DNA of 64,000 nucleotides. It comes from Hormiphora californensis. Taxonomy: Eukaryota > Animalia > Ctenophora. Below, one piece after another: positions 1 to 42,200 of the stretch. Below the pieces are notes generated by a model. It was not told where the DNA came from. It did not search any database and saw only the letters and a list, made by a program, of their open reading frames with translations. How positions within the stretch are numbered: position 1 is the stretch's first letter; each line of letters opens with the position of its first letter. The DNA is taken from NCBI GenBank assembly GCA_020137815.1, contig CM035357.1, positions 1,364,001-1,428,000 of the forward strand, written 5' to 3'. The translations under genes were made by a program, and so were the position numbers.

Positions 1-682
1 ACCAATCACAGAATACTCGTATCCCATGTTTGAATTTGAGAAAATCTCTTAATTATGGCTCAGCAAAGGTGTCAGATATCATAATGATCACATGGACACC
101 CACTAACTAGCCCGGAAACACGTTTTTACACCTCTCTGTCGTTTCAGGACATGGGCCAAACAAAACCCAAACCTTTTCGTCACTTTAGGGATGTTTGTTC
201 CTGAATGAGTGGAATGAACTACCAAAAATGAAAAATGAACTTTGAGTTTTGACCTTGATTTTTCTTGTGAGCAAAGATCTTATCTTCACCAATGTTCACC
301 CAAACTTTTAAAAGGATTGAACTGAAAGTAGCGGTGATACAGCTGATTGAAAGTCGCAGGAATGGCCAAAATCATGCATTTGCATTTTCTCACCTGCCAT
401 GCGATCCGGTGCTTCAATTTGATTTTTATGGTGCTCATTGGAAAGATAATTTCGAGCCAAAGAAAAGTTTTTTACTCAAGGTAAACAATATTTCAGAATT
501 CACGAATGAATGACAGGAATGTTCATTCATGAAAAATGAACTTTTGAAATTTAATTTAAAAACAAAGCCATCAGTTAGGAAGGAATTAATCCAGCACACT
601 CCCGTAGTTTGTTTTCACACAACTATCACCGTTTTTGCGTGACAGCTCGCCAACCGACCCACAGAATATATGGGACACCCTG
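1..682. mobile_element. Right end of a probable Tc1/mariner-type non-autonomous element; left end outside window
   Basis: Ends ...TATGGGACACCCTG (682) followed by TA, the reverse complement of the common Tc1/mariner terminus CAGGGTGTCCCA. The upstream sequence is AT-rich and non-coding with an internal repeat (ATGAAAAATGAACTTT twice). Confidence 0.5.
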
Positions 683-1147
683 TAGGTATGTCAGTCTACT
701 ATTAGATTCACTGTATCAAATACTCTTCTTGTGATGCCGGCAAAGGTTCGAGGGAAATGTTGAGCTTGCTCGACAAAATACCAGGACCCAAACCGGAACA
801 ACATCAACACTATCCCTACGTGTGGGGGACGGTGGCGAAGAGTGATATTAATAGAGGTTGGCTGCCGACCATTGTGGGGCAGTAAAGTGGGTGGAATGAC
901 GGGCGGTGCAAAACACACACACACACACACACACACACCGTCATCACATCCACCGCCGCGCGGAGATTTCACAAAATAAAATCAAATTTGAAAAAAAATT
1001 TTTCAGACCCCGTTTTAAAAAAAACTGAAAACACTTTTTTTTGAAAAACGCTGCCAGCAACGTTTGCCAACGTTTTTTAGTCCATTTTTTGGTTTAATTT
1101 AAGCCAAATTTTGTGCTCTTATCATCACCCAGACATTATTACACAGC

Positions 1148-3648
1148 ATGCAAGATGTGGGTGATGTTGTAACGGGTGAAGAGTCAGGCAATGAACAAGG
1201 AAGACCGGAATCTGAAAGCGAGGTTGACAGCGGAGTAGAGTACGTGTGGAGTGAAGAGGCGGAAGATGCAGGGGAAGATTCCTTTAACTTAGGTTTGCAC
1301 TGGAATCTTTTTTAATTACTTTTTGGTCAGATGTGAACATGATATTTCTGTGTTTCCCTTCCAAATTGTTTTATTTTTCTGAACCTAATAATACCTCTCC
1401 CTAGTTTACACACCACCGACGGACCTTCCAAGCACTGTAACCCGATTAGAAGGACCTGGTGAGAGCGAAGTTTACATCGTGGGGACGGCACATTTTTCTG
1501 AAGAAAGCAACCAGGATGTTATCACAACCATTGAAAAATGTCGACCTCACATTGTTTGCTTGGAGCTGTGCAAGAACAGGGTATGTTGTTGTTGTTCGTA
1601 CTGTAAAATAATGAAAGTCCCTGAAATTCTGCTACACAATTCCACTACACCCCTAGTTACACAAGTCCACCCCTAGTTACACAATTCCACCCCTAGTTAC
1701 ACAATTCCACCCCTAGTTACACAATTCCACCCCTAGTTACACAATTCTACCACTAGCCTCCCCTAGTTACACGATTCCACCCCTAGTTACATAACACCCC
1801 TAGTTACACAATTCCACCCCTAATTACACAATTCCACCCCAAGTTACACAATTCCACCCCTAGTTACATAATTCCACCCCTAGTTACACAATTCCACCCC
1901 TAGTTACACGTGGTCAAGTTTACCGAGGAGGAGGTATTGGATGAGGTTCAAAATATCGGGCTGAGTAAAGCGAAGGAGCTTCTAGATCGATCTGGTGTTT
2001 ATTATGGACTCTTCCAACTTGCCTTTCTCTACCTTAGTGCTGGACTCACCAAACAGTTGGGCATGGCACCTGGAGGAGAATTCAGGTGGGTGTGTGAAGT
2101 GTGAGTGTGAAGTGAGAGTGTGTGAACTGTGAGTGTGTAAACTGTTTGTGAAGTGTGAAGTGTGTGTGAACTGTGAGTGTGAACTGTCACAGTTCACACA
2201 TAGTTTAACTGTGTGTGAATGATAAAGCTTAGTTTGAAAAATGATATATTGTCTATTGCAGGGATTTATTAATTGTATCCTGCTTGTCCCCTCACTTATC
2301 CTCTGTTTTATTTCAGGGCAGCCTACCGGAAAGGACGAGAGATGGGTTGTTCCTTTAGGTTGGTTGACCGGTCAATTCAGATCACCCTCCGTCGTGCTAT
2401 CATGTCACTTACACTTTGGAAACAGATAACTTTGGGAATGAGACTGGTTAGTTTTGTACTCTAGTTTGCAGCAGTTTATCCTTGCATTAGTATGCAGGCT
2501 AGGGTTCGTTGCTTATCGGTTAAACCAGTAATTTAATTTTAGTACCTGTGTTTCTCTCCCTATCCACGTTATCCCCCTCCCACGCCCAGATTTGTTTCTT
2601 GCCGCTAATTGTTCATTTTTCTCCCCCTCCCACGCCCAGTCCCACTTCTGGTTCTCCATCACTGTATCTCCCCCCACGCCTGTATCTCTCCTCTCCCACC
2701 CAGCCCCCATGGTTCTGAACCCTCACACCCCTCCCGCTCCCAGATTTTCAGTAACGAAAAGATTAGCAAGGAAGAAGTTGAGAGTTTCAAAGGGGATGTG
2801 CTGCAACGACTAATCGAGGAGATAGCCGGGGAGTATCCCAATTTGTCACGAGTCTTCGTGGATGAACGCGACAAATACCTTGCTAGAAAGATTTATGAAT
2901 CTGCAGAGGTGAGGAAAATTTCTGGCTACTGTAAAAATTAGCACCTTTGGAAGAGTGTGTAGTCGAGTGGAGGGGAGAGAAAATAGTGTAGTTGAATGGA
3001 GTCAAAAGTTGTCTCAAGTCTCTTTTTTCTACCTCTGTGTGTGAACACCTGTGTTAATTCTGAGTGTGTTAATTCTGTTGTTCAGTAGCTTCATTGGCTC
3101 CTCAAATCGCGTATTCTCTGTAATCTGTGACTCTGTTTTCCTAATCCACAAATATAAGCAGCTCATGTAACAATTTACTAATAAAAGTTTAATTTCACAG
3201 GAGATCGAGTTAGAAGAAGGTGAGAAGGTTCGAGTGGTAGCTGTGGTCGGTATTGGGCACATCTCTGGGATTAAGAAGTACTGGGCAGAGGATGTAGACA
3301 TGGAGAGTATTTGTGTGATACCAGAACAGAGTAGAAATAGTTGGATTATGGTGAAGGCAATTAAGGTAATTAATTATTGTAATTAACTAATTATTTAATG
3401 ACAGTTCATGTTACTTTAGGGGGGGGGGGTATTAGAAACGAACTGCGTGATTGATATGATTTGTCACCCATTTGACAAGTATCTCTCTAACCACTTCATT
3501 TTCAGTACACTCTTCTCACTGGTTTATTCTATACAGCCTACAGAGCTACCATCTTTTCCTGGAGCCTCGTCTCGCCCTACTGTCCTGAATGGATGTCCCC
3601 TACCCGGGTTATACAACAAGGGGCTAGTTATCTGTGGACTGGGAATTA
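1148..3648 (+). CDS. TRABD: TraB domain-containing protein, 7 exons (1148-1292, 1405-1580, 1904-2085, 2317-2446, ~2743-2908, 3201-3365, 3506-3648)
   Basis: Spliced GT-AG reading gives VYIVGTAHFSEES..RPHIVCLELCKNR, LGMAPGGEFR, LVDRSIQITLRR, VFVDERDKYL and VVAVVGIGHISGI, all hallmark TraB motifs. Hydrophobic C-terminal segment; phases are consistent. Confidence 0.92.
1636..1909 (+). repeat. 20-bp minisatellite TTACACAATTCCACCCCTAG (~13 copies) filling most of TRABD intron 2
   Basis: Direct tandem copies visible; the last copy supplies the acceptor CCCCTAG|TTACACGTG at 1903/1904. Confidence 0.95.
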
Positions 3649-4379
3649 GGGATATTTTTAGGGGAAATAATTGTGTGTGTTGAGGGACTGTGTTTCTGTG
3701 TGCTGGCACTGGTAGTGTGAGGTATTTTATGTTCTAACAAGGTGAGGTATTGTATCAGTATAAGAGTTGAAATGTCACGGTGTGTATTTATTTAGTGTCA
3801 GTTCAATCTATCCATATATGGTCATTTAGAATCTTTATTATTAATTTTGGGCTGGCCGCTGAAATCTAACCAGTTATTCAGAACTATAGAAAGCATAGTT
3901 TTTCAAGAGCGGCTGTGCCAATGAATACTGTGTAATGGTTTTGTCTTAAACATTTCGAATATTTGAATTATCTGTAAATTTGTTCGTTTTCTTGTTATAA
4001 ACTGACGGGATCAGACATCAGTAGTAATATAGAAGGACGAAGGTCTTCGTGTCATTTCTAGATCATTGTGTGCCCCTGCTTTACGAATCGGTCACACTTT
4101 TCATCAAGAGAGAGCTGCGCGCGACCACCAAATGGTTCAGATGTGGACAAACACGCGCGCGGTAGCATGTTGAGAAAGAGAGGCCAGGTCTTCAGTAATT
4201 AATTGACACACTCCCCCCGGAGATAATTGGATGTGTGTATACTTCATGTAGTACACGATGTACGTATGGGAAAGTTGACCAAATTACCGGATACGGTTCG
4301 GACGTGCTGACAAATTAACATCGAACGGAACTTCTGTGACACTGGCAATGACACATGGCATGGAGTGGTACCGGATAGT

Positions 4380-5058
4380 GTTGGTGACATTGACACCTAG
4401 TGCGTGCGAGATCGAGGTCGCGCGGCGACCGAGATCGAGCTCGCACATAGGTGTCCGCTCCGCCCCCTAAAAAAGGGTCGTGTCTTTCAAGCCAAATTGC
4501 ACGAGATCCACTGGACCGATTTTCATCCGGTTTGTCGCAAAAGACTACAAATTGGTCCTAGTTTACTGGAAAATACCCGAGAAGTTTGTCTTTCAACAGG
4601 AAGTGGGTCAAAATTGACACTGAAGTCAAATCTATAATCTGGCTTCCGAGCCTTTTTGCACCACTCCCAGACGGTGTAGAATGAATCTGAGGGTATCAGA
4701 AGATAGGTTGAACTCTTGTGAGTACTGGAAAATACCCGGCATTAATAGCTGATGCTAATTGCATCAACATATCTCCCAATATCTTCTAAATCGCATGGGC
4801 GTAGTGCAGAAACTCTCGGAAGCCAGATTATAGGTTTGACTTCAGTGTCAATTTTGACCCACTTCCTGTTGACAGACAAACTTCTCGGTTATTGTCCAGT
4901 ATATTAGGATTATTTGTAGTCTTTTGCGACAAACCGGATGAAAATCGGTCCAGTGGATCGCGTGCAACATCCCTTGAAAGAAACGACCCTTTTTGAGGCG
5001 GAGCAGACACCTGTGTGTGAGCTCAATCTTGGTCACGCACGGTGTCTATGTCACCAAC
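4380..5058. mobile_element. Degenerate foldback (long inverted repeat) element
   Basis: Arms ~4380-4650 and ~4815-5058 are reverse complements. ORFs 4404(+) and 4828-5036(-) give the same peptide EVCLSTGSGSKLTLKSNL; spacer ~165 bp. Confidence 0.8.
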
Positions 5059-5469
5059 GGATAGTGATACTAAAACCAAATCGGCGTCACTCTGTTTGGC
5101 GACCCGATCTGAGCGACAGCCGCCAGCCATTCAGTGAATCATTCTAGTAGTTTCTAGATCATCAAGCACCTCCACATTTTGTGTATAGACCGCAACCGAT
5201 TTATACAACGACAAACACGGAAAATAAGGTTTAAATCGGTTAAAAAGAGTTTCGAAATTCTCTTAAATAATAAAAATAAAGGCTACAACGTTACTTCAAA
5301 TAAACTCTCTCTCTCTATCTTACACGTTCTTTGTGACAGGTTATTTACTCCCCACAGTTATAGTGTCTGATTGTGGTCTGGAAACCCCTTGCTGAACAGA
5401 GCTTCGTTCAGCTGGGGGACCACAGTCACTACCCCACTGTAACTCGGTTCAAACTGTTCTAACTCAGAC

Positions 5470-5578
5470 CAGGAACCGACCGAAACAAGTAAACAACCAA
5501 TCAGAACTCGTTATTTAGGTCACGTGACTGGTTATCAGCCAATCAGGGACCAGTATTTCCTGATTCGGTCGGTTCGTG
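5470..5578. mobile_element. 109-bp hAT-type MITE (family A). Other copies at ~12156, 13667 (internal deletion), 14799, 15110, 16473, 17746, 19224, 24617, 28629 (noisy), 33501, 42444, 45352 (partial), 45841 (partial), 48297, 52782, 54631, 55162
   Basis: 15-bp TIR CAGGAACCGACCGAA..TTCGGTCGGTTCCTG. 8-bp TSDs seen: ACTCAGAC, ACTATTAC, CTTGCCGG, ATAATAAT, TTCATACC, ACTCGGAG, GAAGCCAT, CTAACCAC. An 8-bp TSD with CAG termini is typical of hAT. Confidence 0.93.
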
Positions 5579-6047
5579 ACTCAGACCATAGTCAGTATGA
5601 ATACCCGACCAAACACAAAATACCTGTGTTACATGTTTTTTACCTATAATAACTAAATAATGCTCGTTTTTTAGTATCCAATCCTAAGGCTCTCTGGCGC
5701 CGCGACCCATCTGAGCGCACTGTCAAATGGGTATGGCCAATCTAAGGCTCTGAAGCACACAAAAACACACGCACACTTTCACAGTGATCAATCTATCTGC
5801 CAGGATTCCTTTCTCTCTCTCTCTTTTTTTATCCTTCTCTCTCTCTCTTATTCCCTCTCTCTATCTCTCTTTTTCTCTCTATCTCCTTATCTCCCTATCT
5901 CCAGTCTCCCTATCTTTTTTGTCAACACACACTCAAAAAAACAATCACACACTTTCGATCAAGTCATTAAATGACACATTTGGACTCTGTCCAAAAGAAA
6001 CATACAGTCCCTTAATTAATTAATTAATTAATTAATTAATTAATTAA

Positions 6048-34804
<28,757 letters not shown>

Positions 34805-35899
34805 CTAGAGAGAGAGTTTGTTACTTTAACTAGGGAGAGAGAGGGGAGAGTTTGTTACTTTAACTAGGGAGAGAGTAGATGTGGAAGGGGCAACATGGTT
34901 GAAGATTTGGGTTCATTGACGTCTAGAGATAGAGGAAGCAACGTGTTAAATGGTGAAATGGGAATCAAGTTTTGTTGCTACACCAAACAATAATTGTACA
35001 AACAATACAGGATTTTAATTGATTTAGTTCAGTGGTATTCTACCTACAGCATACATTGAGGCATTACTGAGCTGCAGCAAGGAATTTAAGGGCGGGGATG
35101 CTGGATCAAGTTACAAAAAGGGGGGAATTTCCTCCAAGGAACAACACAATGTGAGGGTGGAATGTGAAGTAAAAACTGAAATTGAAAAGTGAGATTGAAA
35201 AGTCAAAAGTTTGATTCGCAAGGCCCAAGGGGCAGTAGGTATGGAAGTAGGTATGGAAGGGGCAGTAGGTATGGCAGTAGGCAGTAGGTATGGAAGTCTT
35301 TAGTAGGGCGGATGCAAAATGTTTAGTTTTGGCACACGCTCGAACACACACACGGGTAATAAGGTTAAAGTGTTACGGTGAAAGAATTCGTCCGAGTAAT
35401 AGACGGGGAAGAAAGAATGTAAATGTATGAATATAATGACATGTACAAACATGCCAGATATGTTTGATCTATCAACACAACAAGTGGGATATAATACTGC
35501 AGATTTGATCTACTGCAAAAGGTATCTATCTGCTATCAGCAACGGAATATTCTTCAGAATCGTTCTGTAGCTCAGAGAGCTGTATTATACAAGAGCGAGT
35601 TTAAATAATATCAGATCTAGGTTGGGTAACTTAATTGCTGCACGCGTGTCTGGGTGTGGGAGGAAGACATGATGATGTAATACGTTTCATCGAAAATGAT
35701 CAATTATCGCTTACGTCACAATAACGCGTTGCTTTACTATTTTACATAGTTGGGGACATGGACAATGTGGCGCCTCGTACAGGAAATTACAACTGAGGGC
35801 AACAAAAGTAGAAAGAATTATACTAGAACATTATAGAAGTTTAGTAGAACTGGGGCGATCCTTCAAGAACATTATAGAAATGTAAATGGTGTCACTTCA

Positions 35900-37241
35900 C
35901 ACGGCGTGCCTGGTGAAATTTTAACACGACCTAGCATGCGACGGGAAACCACCACTTGTACGTGGTAGCTGAGGGTCTACAGAATGGCGCTACGGTACGG
36001 GAAAAAACATTCCATTCCCTAAAATCGTTTTTTTCACTTTTATTTGATTTGGGTCAAAATTGGCTATATCAAATGTGGTCCCGAAAAATCCATAATAACT
36101 TAGCACACGAAATAAGTCATCCCTACCTATTTTTGCACGTAGAATCGATTGCCGTTGAAGTCGAATCTCTAAAATGACTGTAAAATGGTCAAAAGTTGAT
36201 TTTTTACCATTTTTTGGAGGTTTTTGGCCCCTAAACCATTGAAAACGTTGAGATAGGAATTTGAAACTAGTGCCAATCGTTAAAATGGTCATTTTTCTAC
36301 CAAGAACCAAGTTTTCGTGTATATCCGATTTATGGTTAGATTTGGGCAAATTGTTGAAATCTGCCAACTAGGAGAACCGTAACTTGATTTTCTTGTTTTT
36401 TGGATTTTGGCATTTTTGACAAACTTCTGATTGAAATGGCCAGTCGGGACCATGCTTAAGTTGTTTATGGGACAATTTTCGACTAAAATCCAAGATTTCA
36501 TACCAATCCAATAACAGATCGTTGATTTATAGAAAATTTGCGTAGGCAAAACGGTCAAAATAAGCAAGAAAAGTTGTTATTTTGACCGTTTTGCCTACGC
36601 AAATTTTCTATAAATCAACGATCTGTTATTGGATTGGTATGAAATCTTGGATTTTAGTCGAAAATTGTCCCATAAACAACTTAAGCATGGTCCCGACTGG
36701 CCATTTCAATCAGAAGTTTTTCAAAAATGCCAAAATCCAAAAAACAAGAAAATCAAGTTACGGTTCTCCTAGTTGGCAGATTTCAACAATTTGCCCAAAT
36801 CTAACCATAAATCGGATATACACGAAAACTTGGTTCTTGGTAGAAAAATGACCATTTTAACGATTGGCACTAGTTTCAAATTCCTATCTCAACGTTTTCA
36901 ATGGTTTAGGGGCCAAAAACCTCCAAAAAATGGTAAAAAATCAACTTTTGACCATTTTACAGTCATTTTAGAGATTCGACTTCAACGGCAATCGATTCTA
37001 CGTGCAAAAATAGGTAGGGGTGACTTATTTCGTGTGCTAAGTCATTATGGATTTTTCGGGACCACATTTGATATAGCCAATTTTGACCCAAATCAAATAA
37101 AAGTGAAAAAAAACGATTTTAGGGAATGGAATGTTTTTTCCCGCACCGTAGCGCCATTCTGTAGACCCTCAGCTACCACGTACAAGTGGTGGTTTCCCGT
37201 CGCATGCTAGGTCGTGTTAAAATTTCACCAGGCACGCCGTG
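35900..37241. mobile_element. 1342-bp near-perfect palindromic (foldback) Chapaev-like non-autonomous transposon
   Basis: Arms 35900-36563 and 36577-37241 around a 13-nt spacer; CACGG..CCGTG termini; 4-bp TSD TTCA (35896-35899, 37242-37245). Confidence 0.85.
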
Positions 37242-37516
37242 TTCAAACTGATCAGATCGACTGTAAAGAAGCGCTGAATGTCCTTATTATTCAAGGGCTT
37301 GTATGTCTCGTCTCCGATACTTAATGAATCAACAGCGGGGACAAAACTCCACCTTACACCGCACTATGGATCTGACTGGTAATAGAGCACGCACCAAAAG
37401 TCTACGCATACATACTCACGCATTTTCAAAAGTGGCACAACCCTTGAAAAGCGCTGCTCTTTCCCGCAATGTTGGCCAGCGTTAAAATCTGGGTGTTTCA
37501 TAAGTGCTGACAAACG

Positions 37517-38808
37517 GTTTTTCAGGGTTAGGGCTAAAAAATTTGAATTAGCCAAAACGGTTGAGTGATCTGGCGGTTAGAGCCATTTTAGTGAATCAAC
37601 TTTTTTGGCAGCGCCCTGCGCCCACCTGTAAACAGGCCACCAAACACCCAGATCGTAACGGCGCCCCGCAAATGTTCGAGGGGTGAGGGGACTCAAGCAT
37701 TACCAACAAGAGAAAAGTTAAAATCTGGATGTTCAGAGTGTTAGGATTCATGGCTTTTAGGGTCTTTCAGTAAACTTCACAACAAACGGACGCTGAAAAA
37801 ATGAAATCGTAAAAAAGTTCTGCTTTTTAAAATAGAAAATTTTTTATGATGCTGAAGATTTGATGAGCGGTGCGCGCGGCGGTATGTGGCAATTTTACGA
37901 TGCATTATGACGCCGCGCGCGTGTTCCATTAAAACAACCATGGTCATGATCAAAAACGTTAAAATTTTGATGTTTGGACTTTGGACTTTGGAGTGTCAGC
38001 ACTCGCGGTTGGAATGCGCTGCAGCCCCCTCATGCGCGCACCCCCGCAACGAGGGGACTGGAGGGAATGCCGCGCGCGCGTTTGGCCTGAGCCCGGCTGG
38101 GTCGAAAATAACTTTGCGAGCGAAAAAACGGCGGTGCTTATAACTTTGGCCCCTGAAGTCCGTTTGACTTGATTCTTTCACTAGCTGTTAGATCTGACAA
38201 TTATCTACCTTGCTGTTTTTGAGAGGAGTTAATTGGACTTCAGGAGGCTGAGCAATAACCGTTCAAAGATTGGTTGTTTTCAAAAAGTGACGTCACAGGT
38301 CCATGCAGGGACACTTTGTTTCAAATTTGAATTAAAATCTCGAATTTTTTTATTTTACCGCACTCGATTTTGCGGAGTTTGGTTCATATCTTCTGTTCCT
38401 GATAAGATAGAGACCTGCAACCGGTTGCATTTGAAAGCTGTTATCTTTCTCTTTCCAACGCTACCAAAACGATTTCTGTACCTTATCTGGAACCGGAGAT
38501 ATGATTGATTATGTATTCCCCCCTAGCGCGGTATTCCCTCCAGGCCCCTTATATTATATTATAAGGGGCCTGCAACGTATGCCAACACTCGCGGTTTTTT
38601 AGGGTTAGGGCTAAAATAGGGTTAGGGTTAGGGCTGAGGTTTGGGTTGGGGTTAGGGTTTGACATTTCCTATCAGATAAACTTTGGATTAGCCAAAACGG
38701 TTGAGTGGTTTGGCGTTTAGAGCCGTTTTAGTGCAGGGTAATTTTTTGGCAAACGCATCTGTAAACAGGCCTTCATTCTTCGAACACCCAGATCGTAGCG
38801 GTGCCCTA
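37517..38808. mobile_element. Unclassified repeat remnants: ~150-200-bp direct repeats with degenerate TTAGGG tracts around an insert ending in a hairpin
   Basis: GCCAAAACGGTTGAGTG..CACCCAGATCGTA occurs at ~37551 and ~38691; palindrome CAGGCCCCTTATA..TATAAGGGGCCTG at ~38542-38572. Confidence 0.5.
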
Positions 38809-39236
38809 AAAATACCCCTTTCTCTTTTTGGCAGCTTCTCCCCGGCTGTTGAAAGTGATGCCAATCGATGTTGAGGTTTGTGAATCCCTAAAAAAATGTG
38901 CAGTGTTTCAACAGCTTTTACACAGCCTTTAGTACACAGCAGCTACATCCCCACTTGTGAATAAAAACGCTCCCTGGGGGGTCTCCTTCCCCTGGACCCC
39001 ACAAATAAATATTGCGTGCCACCCAAGCTATATCGTTACCCGATAACCCCAAACATAGCTCTAGCGGGCAGTCCTAACCCGTCTCGATAGCTTGTTACCA
39101 GTGGAAAGCACCCTGATTTTGTTTGCCGCTAAAGACGATGACACAATTACTTTTTTTACTCCTGAAATAGTCGGATAACTCAGCTGAGATAACTCACTCA
39201 TAATCAGAATATCTACTTTAAATAATTAACAATTAA

Positions 39237-42200
39237 TTACAATACAACATGTGCAAAAATCACTGCGAAAATCAAACTCATGGACCAAGTCATCCTAACT
39301 CCATGCCCCGCTGCAGTTAGTTTAGCTTCCAACAGCTTCCTGGAGCACCCATCCGTCTTACAAGTTTCAATATAACATGCTTTAATGAAAGAATTCTTAG
39401 TGCATTCTGCGTCTTCAGTAGATCCGTCCAGACAGCCCAACCTGTAGAGACCAACACCAAGAAGATCCCACTCTGCAAGATAACAGTTCTTACATGTCGG
39501 GAATTCTTCAGCGCACGTCTGGAAGCCGAATATATCGGGTGAATATATACAACTCTCGCATTTGCTCTCTTTAGGGAGATGAAGTGGTGAGGGACAATAA
39601 CTGCTCTCACATTCAGTCTCACATCCGGTACCATTACAAGTCAGCGAGCAGGTGTCGACAGTTACACACTTTGCCATACAACCTGCACCCGTGCATATTG
39701 CAGTACAGTTTACAGATTCTTCGCAGAAGGCGATACATCCATCACCAATGCACTCTGCCTTGGAAGTCGACACCAACCCGGTAGAATTACTATAGTTATA
39801 GACTTTAGCAGAGTGGGCGGTGCACTTTTTACCTGTACACTTGGCTCTATTGTATGTTCCCTCCTGGACACTTGCGTAACAGTTATCCCCCGTACACTCT
39901 ATTTTAGAAGAGTAGGCACCAAACAGTGTTATGTTCGCCCAGTCGTTTTCCCCACTGGTGACCACATCGCTGCTAGTACCATATTTCAGATAAATCACTG
40001 CTCCTTTAGCACCCTTGGAGAGCGTCACACTAGTACTGCTGAGATAGTCAAGGAATGCTGTGTTGTTATTTCCCTTTATATTTATCACCGAGTTTCTCGT
40101 TAAAGCACAGATTTCTTTCGCACTTTCGTCGCACTTTCCAATTGTTTTACATTGGCAGGCCCCCACATCCTCTGTATCTGAGACCTCCAAATAACACCAA
40201 TCACCCTCACAATTCAGTTCATCATAACTGCCATTCAGGTAGGTGAATGTACAATATCCGCCCTTACAGGTATACTCATTATAGTAACTCTCCCCAATGT
40301 TCCCCATGGTACAACCATTTGCCTCATCAGCACCATCACCAGTATTATCGCAGGACAATATGAACTGATTATTCTGGGATTTCGAATCCTCCTCAAGCTT
40401 GTCATCAATTACCATCTTGGATTTCTTTCCCGTCACACTGATAGATCCGTAGGAGTTAGCCGTTAAAGTGGCGGATGAAGATGTTCCTACCACAGTCACC
40501 TCTAAGGTGTAACCCTTCTCCGAAGTAAAAGCACACCCCTTTTCTGTCTCCGAGCACAGAATCTGCACACTCCGACTGTTATCTGCGTTGTAAGCACACG
40601 CCGTAGAATTTTTGGCCGTTTCATAAAACTCGCCCGTACAGGTTTTATCACCAGTCGTCAGGCAAATCCTTTTGATGCACAGGCCCTGTGAGGAGGAGCC
40701 AATGACTTCTAATGTAGCAATATCAGAAACAATATTTCCACCTCCAAACGATTGACTTTCCGCATAGCTGATATTCACAAAATAATACCCGCCATACTCA
40801 GCTTTACTGGAGCTTGAGATATTGTACAGCGCGGTATAGTTTTGGTTGGCTAGTGTTAGTAGCTTGGTAGTATGAGCAGGTACAGCATTCTTGAAGACAT
40901 CCTCTTCAGTTATTGTATCAGATAAATCAGTCAACCACCGGTACCATTGGATGGTCCCAACTGCATCGGCTGCCATTATGGTGGCACTCAGTGTCCCTCC
41001 CAATCCTTCCACAAGGGTCGTGTTGGGTAGCTGTTCTGTGTAACTAAACTCCACCGCAGTGGCTGTTACTGTTGTTGTCCCTACATTGTCAATGGTTACC
41101 TGACACGAGAAATCAACTTTGGTGGCGTTGACATCGTCTGCAGGGATTGTGAAGTAGATTAGTGTCAGTTTGTTGACCGTAGTTCCCTTCTTTATGGATA
41201 GTCCTGCATCTGCCACATTTGCTGTGGTATAGGACTCCCCGCCCCATCCGAAAATTATTTTATCCTCCGGGATGTTATCCTCAGTGTTGTATACATTGCA
41301 TTGGACTTTAAGGTCGGACCCGGTTACCATGAGGGGTTGAGTGATATTGACGATGGAAACTCTGATATACGCATACATAGGGAGGAGATATTCGTTATCG
41401 TCTCTATCTGTAAACTCCCACGTGCATGTCCATTTAGTATCAAAAGCAGGGACACCTTTCAGGGTAAGTGTGAAGTAAGGTCGACCACTGTCCGGGTAAC
41501 TACCATCATACTTCACCTCCAAGGTAGAGTCTGTCTCATTGTCAATTGTCACAAACTGACTCCCAACTGCTATTTTAGCATTACTAGGGTATTTTCTTTG
41601 GCGTGTACCCAGGTGGAATCATGAAGAACGACTTCACATTAGTTGTAGCGCCAGGCAGAACCTTTTTATAGCTTGTAGACATGTAGAAATCGCGTTTTCC
41701 CTGACCTGACTTTGGTGTTCCACGAGCTCCCTTCTTCCCTCATAATCCACACTGTCCCCCAACTGTCCGAAGATAAATCCTCACAGGTTCCGCCATCGAT
41801 CTTCCTGGACTTCATATCGTCAGTACTAATCTGCCAATCTAGTGTTGTGATGTTGTTGGCAATGATTACCAGTTTCTTGTCATTGAGGAACAGCATCCAT
41901 TCTATTTCTTTATCGTCGGGCACGTTTATCATGTTCGGAGTTCCGACGCCATCCCCGCCCGTGCATCCCCATATTGTCACTGCATAGTCGGTACTGGGGA
42001 GGGTAAACGTGTTACTTTATACTTGTATAATTTTACTGGGGAGGGAGGAGGGTAAACATGTAAAGATTGGTAAAGAGTCAAGAGATAATATTGAAGGAGT
42101 TATGGAGATGATGAGGTATATATTACTTACGTCCACGAGATTCTGAGTTTAGCAGGAGTGTTTGCTCCGCTAGGTGGACTTTCGAACGCTTGAAACCAGA

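Noticed and set aside
35990-37210. Duplicated 125-145-aa ORFs on opposite strands
   Set aside because: They are mirror images produced by the palindrome and carry no transposase motifs.
38598-38660. TTAGGG-like tract as a telomere or fusion scar
   Set aside because: Short, degenerate and part of a repeated element also seen at ~37525.
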